Assembly (NCBI GenBank): GCA_046483985.1
Contig: JAWOCD010000013.1
Coordinates: forward strand, 1 to 33,406
DNA: 33,406 nucleotides
Direction of reading: 5' to 3'
Source: Promethearchaeia archaeon
GTDB lineage: Archaea; Asgardarchaeota; Lokiarchaeia; Sigyniarchaeales; SOKP01
Shown here: positions 26,624 through 33,406 of the stretch, piece after piece
How positions within the stretch are numbered: position 1 is the stretch's first letter
How the letters are laid out: each line of letters starts with the position of its first letter
Position numbers and translations under genes: made by a program
The notes under the pieces: model-generated
Told to the model about the DNA's origin: nothing
The model's database searches: none
What the model saw: only the letters and a program-made list of their open reading frames with translations

Positions 26624-27649
26624 TTAACCTTTCAGAGAATTTACGGCTAAAACCATATTATTTAACTTTTTGATAACAATTGTGTATGCACGTTCTTCGC
26701 CAAACACTTCTTTTAGAGAACCGAATCCACAGTCAGGTTTAATCAACAAGTTTTCTTTTCCATACTGATCGATTCCCCTCTGAATAAACTTTCGAAGAAA
26801 GTCAATATCCTCTACGTAATCTTTAACTTCAGCGTTATCCTTCGGACTAATATTAGTTTTAAGTACTCCCATAGCTAAGTATTTATTTACATCTTCAATG
26901 TGTTCTTTACGAAAGATCTCGAAATTCTTTTCATTATTTCGAAATTCATGGTCCATAATATCGATATCGGTTTGTAAGAGAATATCCCGTAATTTGGGGC
27001 TGACACGACCACATACATGAATTGATGATAGGTCATCAATTCCAGAAATAGCTTCATTCAATTTTTCGATAATGTAATCTTCTGAATGAAGATATGATTT
27101 TTTTCCTATGATGAGACCTAAAATTGGTTCATCCATAGAAATAATATTAACCCCAATATCGCTGTAGGCTTTTCCGATTTTTTTCATAATGGTCGCTAAA
27201 TTATCGACAACCCATTCAAGTCCAATTGCCTTAGGTTGTTTAAAGATCATCGGTTTAACCCGTTTAGACAGCCGCTCATTTAACAGAATCTCGCTTGCTA
27301 ATGTAAACGGACCCGTAAGACAAGCTCTTGTCCCTTTCACCATACTTTTGAGATAGGGGCGTTCATTAAAAAAATCTACCATAAATCTTCCATATTCCAG
27401 CGCAAATGGTTCATGGGGGATATCAAATTCTCCAGATAATATATAATCTCCATTATTGGATTTATTCAAGGAAGATATCCGTTCAGATAAGGGATCTAAG
27501 AATTGGTCAATCATCGGAACGAGCTGCGGATAACATGGATAATCTATTCCCATATTAACCTGTTCTTCAAAAGCCTTAATCATGTTTTCCTTGGTATTAT
27601 CAAGGGGAAAACTACCCACCACCGTGGTGAATAATCCTTCTTTTTCCAT
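26624..27649 (-). CDS. Cobalamin-independent methionine synthase-like (MetE C-terminal/core) protein
   Basis: TTVVGSFP, LTGPFTLA and MDEP motifs; Zn ligands IHVCG, HE and KPDCGF; KLNNMVLA. Confidence 0.88.
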   Translation of the reverse strand: MEKEGLFTTVVGSFPLDNTKENMIKAFEEQVNMGIDYPCYPQLVPMIDQFLDPLSERISSLNKSNNGDYILSGEFDIPHEPFALEYGRFMVDFFNERPYLKSMVKGTRACLTGPFTLASEILLNERLSKRVKPMIFKQPKAIGLEWVVDNLATIMKKIGKAYSDIGVNIISMDEPILGLIIGKKSYLHSEDYIIEKLNEAISGIDDLSSIHVCGRVSPKLRDILLQTDIDIMDHEFRNNEKNFEIFRKEHIEDVNKYLAMGVLKTNISPKDNAEVKDYVEDIDFLRKFIQRGIDQYGKENLLIKPDCGFGSLKEVFGEERAYTIVIKKLNNMVLAVNSLKG

Positions 27650-27709
27650 ATTAAATAATAAGTTTAAAAAAATAATAAACCTTGTAGCTTAAATTGAAAT
27701 TCTAGAGGT

Positions 27710-29848
27710 TTATGAAAAGTATTCTCTAACCTTATCCTTATCCTTACAAGAATCAGTGTTAATTGATTCTCTTAGATTTTCAAGCTCTTGGTCAATAAGA
27801 TAAACTTGTCTTTTTATATTATTGTATTGTCGATTGTATTTGTTTCTTGACATGTTACCTTTTTTGAATTTTCGATTTAAGCTTTCTAGATTCTTCATTT
27901 TATTATGTCTTTTTTTGCGCAATAGGAGAGTTTTTTTTCGTAAGTTTTCTTGTGGATTAAAATTATATTCCCTTGGTCTTGGCTGGGAGTGATTTGAAAA
28001 CTGAGAATGAAACTCTGGAGCCAAATGATTTTTATTAAATCCATTTACACCAGAATTTCCTATAGGAAAGCCATCACTCCTCTCAGAAAATTGGGATGAA
28101 TCGAATTCTTGGTCATTATGGACTTTTCTCAATTTCTTCATTAATACAGAACGCTCATCAAAATAATCGTCTCGGTCAGTAAAGTCATTATTCTTAAATT
28201 CATGTTCTTCACCCGTTTTCTCGAAGGGTTCATAATTCTGAAACCGTGAAGGATCGTGGGGATCAGAATAGTATTTATTTGCTTTACTGTATCTCGGCGA
28301 ATTGTGCAGATGATAGGGTGGTCTGATATCTTCCGTTTGTCTGGGTGGATTAAAATGGGAATTCATTTGACCCGATTGAGCTTTCCTATTAGCATGAGAT
28401 CCATTAGCATTAGAGGGGTAATCTTTCCTCCTTCCATGAATTTGAGAGGGTTGATTCACAGAATAATGATTCGATGTTTGTTCTGATTGATAAGAAGGTT
28501 CACGATTATATTGTTGGCCTTGATAAGGTACGGAGGGGCTAAAGGAAGGAGTCCGTTTAAATTGCTGAGTCTGATGATTAAAGGATTGATTTTCTGATCC
28601 AGAAGAGTTGATATTTGCCTGTATCTGGGGATGAGGCGTATTTTTCTGATTAAATTTACATTTTAAGCTAAAGAATTTATTTATACCTTCTTCTATATAA
28701 CTTATGAGATTATTTACATCCAAGGACATCTCGTGTAGATTATCAGCAGCAATCTCATCAAATTGGACCCTATCCTCAAAATCCTTAGCAAGGAGGATAT
28801 ATTCAACCACCGTGGGTATGCTATCAGATGAGATGGAAAATTCATACTTACCGTAAGAAAATTCAACGATTAGTTTTTTGAATAATAAATTTCCTCCTTC
28901 TTTAAGTTTAATTAAGTCATTTACCGGCGCCTTAAAAATCAATTCGTATTTCTTATTTATCAAGCCATATTTTCGAACAAATGAAAGGTCCATATTAGTG
29001 ATAAATAAGATCCCACTATTTCTCTTAAATCTATCTTCATCATTTGTTAATTTTGTTTTGATCGCAAAGATAGGTTTTTCGTTAGCCGCTAAATTCAAGA
29101 ATCTTTTGTAAGAGCTGAACAGATCATCGACCTTCTGAATGAAAGGTAACTTTTCTTCAATTGCTTCTAATTTCTCGCTAAATCCATCTAACTTTTTAGA
29201 AATAAAGGTTTGAATTGTATCATAACTCTTTTGTAAGTTCGCGAGAATACCTTCTATGATTCTGATATTTGAATTCGGTTGATTATAGATATCAAAGAAA
29301 TATTCAATATTCGTTGAGATATAACGAAAATGGGTTTTTATTTTCTCAAGAATATTTTCCTTCAGGTAAATTATAAATTGATAAATCTTAAGTAAATTCG
29401 GTTCAATATTTGGATAATGATAACATCTTATTGGAGGTTCCCTGACTTTTTGAACCCTTTGACGGACTGAATCCGTTTCATTAATAATCTCTTGAAAGGG
29501 GTCGGCAAGTGCCCGGGTTTTTTTAATTAAATCCAGAAATTGCTTCTCCAAGGTTTCTTTCTTCTCAAATACGTTAATGATTTCTCGGGAACCGCACTTT
29601 GGACAGGATTTTATCTTTTCGTTGAGCTTAAAAATTTGAGAACTACCACAATCTTTACATATTTTACCATCTGGATCATTTTGTTCTATCTTTCTTGAAT
29701 CACATTTTTGGCACACAAAAATTATCTTCTCTTCATCTTGCAAACAATCAGAACAACAAGTCATACCACATTCTTCACAATAATATGCAAAATCAACTTT
29801 TCTGTTACAGAATCGGCACTTCTGAGGCTTATTTATCTGTTCTGACAT
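27710..29848 (-). CDS. Multidomain hypothetical protein: Cys-rich Zn finger, coiled coil, PH/GRAM-like domain, low-complexity region, C-terminal helical hairpin
   Basis: Six CxxC pairs in the first ~85 aa, a heptad-rich region, a 'GILFITN.DLSF' PH-like strand pattern, a Q/N/S/P-rich region and a basic C-terminal helix pair; likely ATG at 29848. Confidence 0.8.
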   Translation of the reverse strand: MSEQINKPQKCRFCNRKVDFAYYCEECGMTCCSDCLQDEEKIIFVCQKCDSRKIEQNDPDGKICKDCGSSQIFKLNEKIKSCPKCGSREIINVFEKKETLEKQFLDLIKKTRALADPFQEIINETDSVRQRVQKVREPPIRCYHYPNIEPNLLKIYQFIIYLKENILEKIKTHFRYISTNIEYFFDIYNQPNSNIRIIEGILANLQKSYDTIQTFISKKLDGFSEKLEAIEEKLPFIQKVDDLFSSYKRFLNLAANEKPIFAIKTKLTNDEDRFKRNSGILFITNMDLSFVRKYGLINKKYELIFKAPVNDLIKLKEGGNLLFKKLIVEFSYGKYEFSISSDSIPTVVEYILLAKDFEDRVQFDEIAADNLHEMSLDVNNLISYIEEGINKFFSLKCKFNQKNTPHPQIQANINSSGSENQSFNHQTQQFKRTPSFSPSVPYQGQQYNREPSYQSEQTSNHYSVNQPSQIHGRRKDYPSNANGSHANRKAQSGQMNSHFNPPRQTEDIRPPYHLHNSPRYSKANKYYSDPHDPSRFQNYEPFEKTGEEHEFKNNDFTDRDDYFDERSVLMKKLRKVHNDQEFDSSQFSERSDGFPIGNSGVNGFNKNHLAPEFHSQFSNHSQPRPREYNFNPQENLRKKTLLLRKKRHNKMKNLESLNRKFKKGNMSRNKYNRQYNNIKRQVYLIDQELENLRESINTDSCKDKDKVREYFS

Positions 29849-30119
29849 TTTTTTTAAACACAACCGCATTTGAGAGATAATTTTTATTCAAATAAAGAAA
29901 AAGAAAACTATTATTTATTTAAGAATGTTATTTATGTATTACTTCGATATTAGGATTTTAGTTTGATAAACGTACGATTTTATCAAATGTTTTATAAGAC
30001 TTTTGGTAAAAAAAAGCCAAATAATAAGAAATGGAACTAAAAAATCCTTAAAATCACATCGAAAAAAGATCAAGATTTTCTTTCTGATTCTCCCCTTGAT
30101 ATGAGAGGAGAATTCTAGG

Positions 30120-30209
30120 GGCGATTACAAGGGAAAGAACCACGAAGAGGATGATAAATAAACCTTGGACAATTTAGTAGTGTGCTGATAATTCTGCAAT
30201 ACTCATTAA
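30120..30209 (+). pseudogene. Possible relic of an HNH-type endonuclease
   Basis: One frame reads ...EDDK*TLDNLVVC**FCNTH*, resembling the 'Y.LDN.V.CC..CN' His-Me finger motif with stop codons at Y/C positions. Confidence 0.3.
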
Positions 30210-30300
30210 TCAAATTTCATTATGATTTCAATTTGAATAAGAATTAGCTTAAAAATATTTATATCCTTTTTATATGCAAGTTTTCTTCTGTTTTGAGTTC

Positions 30301-30876
30301 TCAAACATATACAGCTTTGCATTTTCCCTTCTTAATAGCACGTTTAATATCGATTAATGAAAAGATTTTTTCTCCAAATTGCGTTGCAATTGTGTTTAAT
30401 TGATCTTTCGAATGTGAATCACTCCCCCCAGTTGTGGGTATATCCATTATCTGAGAAGCTTCTTTTGCTAGTTGATTTGCCTTCTTTCCGATAGCTCCAT
30501 TCAGTTCAATTGCGTCAAAATCGTAATTATATACACTTTCTCCAAAAGCACAATGACGCTGTGAAAAGGGATGGGCACAAACAGCAACAGCGTCTTGTTC
30601 ATGAATAAATTGAAGGATTCGGCGGCCATTTAAATCCTTAGAGGGAAGACGTTTTAATCCATATGCTATAATATCACCCTGGTTACACCTCAGTTCTACA
30701 CCAAAATGAACTTGAAATCCATAAAAACTCATCTGCTTGATGGGTTTTAAAACCCAATGATCGGTTATACAAATTCCGTCAAGACGGGGCGATAAATTAT
30801 TATATAATTGTTGCTCTGAAAGAATAGAGCAAGAGGAGCGGCCAGAAATATGGATATGCATATCAATAAGCGACAT
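30301..30876 (-). CDS. PHP-family metal-dependent phosphoesterase
   Basis: DMHIH, GICITDH, GVE, AHPF, DAIELN and GGSDSH motifs. Confidence 0.92.
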   Translation of the reverse strand: MSLIDMHIHISGRSSCSILSEQQLYNNLSPRLDGICITDHWVLKPIKQMSFYGFQVHFGVELRCNQGDIIAYGLKRLPSKDLNGRRILQFIHEQDAVAVCAHPFSQRHCAFGESVYNYDFDAIELNGAIGKKANQLAKEASQIMDIPTTGGSDSHSKDQLNTIATQFGEKIFSLIDIKRAIKKGKCKAVYV

Positions 30877-31009
30877 TTGAGTAATATGTAAGATAAATTG
30901 TTTTTATATTATGATGAACTTCTTTCCTTGATTTGGTTTTTTATCTAAACTCGCTATGTGATAAGATGTGCGCGAAAATTAAAATTTGATGATTATAATC
31001 TATTTAAAT

Positions 31010-31471
31010 TTATATCTTTTGGAGAGTATTTCCTCCTTGTTTCTTAGCCTTTTTTAAAGATTTATAAGCCAAATATATAGTGGGATGTTTTAAAAATTCT
31101 TGTTTCTTATGAACTTTCAGAGGCTTTATTTGTGAAATATCTCCTCGAGCTATCCCCACGCTCAAACTCGTGGGCGCATTTAATTTTTGAGCTAGTTCCA
31201 GAATGTCCTTTCTTAATCGATTAAGTAGTGTTATTACGGTCTCAGTATCTTGAGAAAATAAAAGAATGAATTCCTCGGTTCCTTCTGTTTCATTTAAACC
31301 CCATAGAGGTGTAGCTTGAAAATGAGTAATATATCTTTTTATTTTATTCGTCATAAGACGGGTTATTTGGTTTGGGGAATAACGTGACCAGCCCATCACA
31401 TGCATGCAATCTTGAAAATTATCTAAGTCGGCGAATACAACTGTCCCTTTATTTGAAAAACGTGCATTCAT
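31010..31471 (-). CDS. Stand-alone GGDEF-like (nucleotide cyclase palm fold) protein with a GTEEF motif
   Basis: VFADLDNF, EGTEEFILLF, TSLSVGIA and LAYKSLKKAKKQGGN match the GGDEF-domain motif order. Confidence 0.72.
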   Translation of the reverse strand: MNARFSNKGTVVFADLDNFQDCMHVMGWSRYSPNQITRLMTNKIKRYITHFQATPLWGLNETEGTEEFILLFSQDTETVITLLNRLRKDILELAQKLNAPTSLSVGIARGDISQIKPLKVHKKQEFLKHPTIYLAYKSLKKAKKQGGNTLQKI

Positions 31472-31550
31472 AAAAATTAAGAATTTTAAATAATGTTGAA
31501 CTTAAACAACAGAATTATTATATTTTAAAAATTAAAATAAGGATATTCTC

Positions 31551-31844
31551 TTATTTGATGATTTTTACTCGTGTCCCTAATGCTTGACCCGGAACCCCGC
31601 CCTCCTTAAAATGAGCACGAACAGCTCCGCTGTTCCCATGTGCTCTGCTGATTTTACCTTTTAACTCTTTTCCAGTTTCACTAACCCATACTACCGTCCT
31701 TCCTATTAACTTATTTGCTTCGTTTCTGGTTTCAATTTCTGGAAAAACAAGAATACATTGTTTTGGATGGATCGTATGCCTTCCTTGGCGGTAATTGCTG
31801 ATTATTCCTTTCATTCCAATGATGTCTAATTTATTTGATGCCAT
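31551..31844 (-). CDS. rpl35ae: 50S ribosomal protein L35Ae (eL33)
   Basis: KGII.NYRQG...A.KLIGR.V.W...GKI.RAHGNSGAVRA.F...PGQALG. Confidence 0.96.
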   Translation of the reverse strand: MASNKLDIIGMKGIISNYRQGRHTIHPKQCILVFPEIETRNEANKLIGRTVVWVSETGKELKGKISRAHGNSGAVRAHFKEGGVPGQALGTRVKIIK

Positions 31845-31988
31845 ATAGATGACCTTAATATGTGGCGTTCTAAATTACTAATTTAAATAAAATAGCATTT
31901 AAAAAAATAAAAAATTTTGCTTTTTTACTATAAAAACTTAATATTTATGCAGAGCTAACCTTAATTAGCAAACGTAAAATGGAAAAAG

Positions 31989-33389
31989 ATGACTAACAAA
32001 AAAGAAAAGAACAAGCAAGGACCTTTGGAACTTAACTTGTTTAAAGGCAAAAAGTTAAAAGAGGCGGCAGAACTTTTATCTGATTTAATACAAATTAAAT
32101 CTGTAAATCCCCCGGGAAATGAAACGGTCGCTGCTGAGTTTTGCAAGGATCTATTAGAAAGGGAAGGTTTTAAAGATATCGAATTAATAGAATCGGAACC
32201 CAGTCGCGGTAATATTATATGTCGATGGCATGGAAGCGATCCAGACGCCAAAAGTCTTTTATTACTAGCTCATCTTGATGTTGTCCCCGCAGATCCTTCA
32301 AATTGGGAGCGAGATCCCTTTAGTGGAGATATCGATGAAAAATATGTTTGGGGAAGGGGTGCTGTAGATTGTAAAGGCATGGTAGCAGCAGAGGCAATGG
32401 CTGCCATATTCTTAAAGAGAGAGGGATTCCAACCAAAAGGAGATGTTATTCTTGCATTCACTGCAGATGAGGAAGCCGGTGGAGAAAAAGGCGTAGGATA
32501 TTTGGCACGTAACCACTGGGATAAGATCAACGCAGATTATGCCATTAACGAGGGAGGAGGTTTTTTACTCCCCCTTGGAAGTGATCCTAAAGATTATATA
32601 GCCCAAACGGGTGAAAAGGGAGTTTTTTGGACCAAGATCCGAGTGAAAGGAAAAGGAGGACATGGCTCTATGCCTACCAAGAAAAAAGATAATGCGATTT
32701 ACAAGTTAACACAAATTGTAGAAAAGATCATTGACTATAAATACCCTATAGAAATTACACAACCAGTTGAAGAAATGGCGGAAAAGATCTCCATGCCCGG
32801 AATCGCTAAAAAGTTACTTAAATCAAAACGATTGATTAGACCTATAGTTAAGATCGCAGATTTTATCACGGGAGAAGGTTTATCTCGATTAATTCTTCCC
32901 TTAGTCATGGATATCGTTAATCCAACAGGCCTCAAAGGGAGTCAAAAAGTCAATATCATTCCACAAACAGCAGAGATTACATTAGATTGCCGATTGTTAC
33001 CAAATCATGATCGAAAAACGATTAAACACTATATTCAAGACGCGATTGGTAAAAAAATGATGGAGGAAATAGAAATTCTTCCCATTGAACCTACGCAACC
33101 AGCGACCGTAAATTCCACAGAGCATCCATTCTGGGACCACGTTGAAAAAATTATGAACAAAATGCATAAAGGGAGTACCCTCGTTCCTATGTTAAGTGCA
33201 GGGTCTACAGATTCCAAATTCATCCGAGAACGTGGGAATTATATATTAGGTTTTAATCCAATGATTGTGGATCCCAACATGTCCTACTCTAAGATGGCTG
33301 AAATGCCACACGGGAAAAATGAACGAATGTGGAAACCAAACCTCTCCTATTCGCTTGAATTCTTTTATAGATTAATAAAGTCAATATAG
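31989..33389 (+). CDS. M20/M25/M40 family metallo-hydrolase (aminoacylase/PM20D1-like)
   Basis: HLDVVPA, WGRGAVDCKG, DEEAGG, INEGG, GGHGS, TDSKF and HGKNER motifs. Confidence 0.93.
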   Translation: MTNKKEKNKQGPLELNLFKGKKLKEAAELLSDLIQIKSVNPPGNETVAAEFCKDLLEREGFKDIELIESEPSRGNIICRWHGSDPDAKSLLLLAHLDVVPADPSNWERDPFSGDIDEKYVWGRGAVDCKGMVAAEAMAAIFLKREGFQPKGDVILAFTADEEAGGEKGVGYLARNHWDKINADYAINEGGGFLLPLGSDPKDYIAQTGEKGVFWTKIRVKGKGGHGSMPTKKKDNAIYKLTQIVEKIIDYKYPIEITQPVEEMAEKISMPGIAKKLLKSKRLIRPIVKIADFITGEGLSRLILPLVMDIVNPTGLKGSQKVNIIPQTAEITLDCRLLPNHDRKTIKHYIQDAIGKKMMEEIEILPIEPTQPATVNSTEHPFWDHVEKIMNKMHKGSTLVPMLSAGSTDSKFIRERGNYILGFNPMIVDPNMSYSKMAEMPHGKNERMWKPNLSYSLEFFYRLIKSI

Positions 33390-33406
33390 ACTTTGTGTTA
33401 ATAATT

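Noticed and set aside
21012-27649. UROD-like and MetE-like genes as a joint methyl-transfer module
   Set aside because: They are ~4.5 kb apart on opposite strands with no corrinoid protein or activator gene in the window.
291-33223. Remaining short ORFs in the track that overlap longer annotated genes
   Set aside because: Antisense or alternate-frame shadows without motifs or independent initiation signals.

Overview
Chromosomal window from an AT-rich archaeon, most likely an Asgard (Lokiarchaeia/Promethearchaeota-like). The assignment rests on an archaeal informational cluster (pus10-rpl21e-rpoF-DUF655-rsmA-HemK2), an archaeal histone, rpl35ae and DHQ synthase II occurring with several eukaryotic-signature proteins: a Rab-like GTPase, a Roadblock protein, an ESCRT-III/Snf7 subunit and an LRR protein. 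The first ~3.4 kb is a decaying mosaic of toxin-antitoxin-type modules: VapBC, a DUF5678-like gene plus a retropepsin split by an in-frame TGA, MNT plus a truncated HEPN, and a 5'-truncated LRR gene. The rest is core and metabolic genes (GH127, GH57, an acyl-CoA ligase alpha subunit, NurA, CSP, MFS, UROD-like, MetE-like, PHP, M20). The most interesting candidates are (i) a 712-aa Cys-rich FYVE/RING-like + coiled-coil + PH/GRAM-like + low-complexity + helical-hairpin protein two genes from a stand-alone ESCRT-III, (ii) a stand-alone GGDEF-like 'GTEEF' protein next to a PHP phosphoesterase, (iii) a nucleotide kinase ending in a PIP-box-like motif, (iv) a Roadblock protein with a long acidic tail carrying a MIM2-like motif, and (v) a catalytically degenerate zinc-ribbon CPBP membrane protein. 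All family calls come from reading motifs by eye; no database searches were run. No tRNA, rRNA, CRISPR array or intact transposase was recognised.
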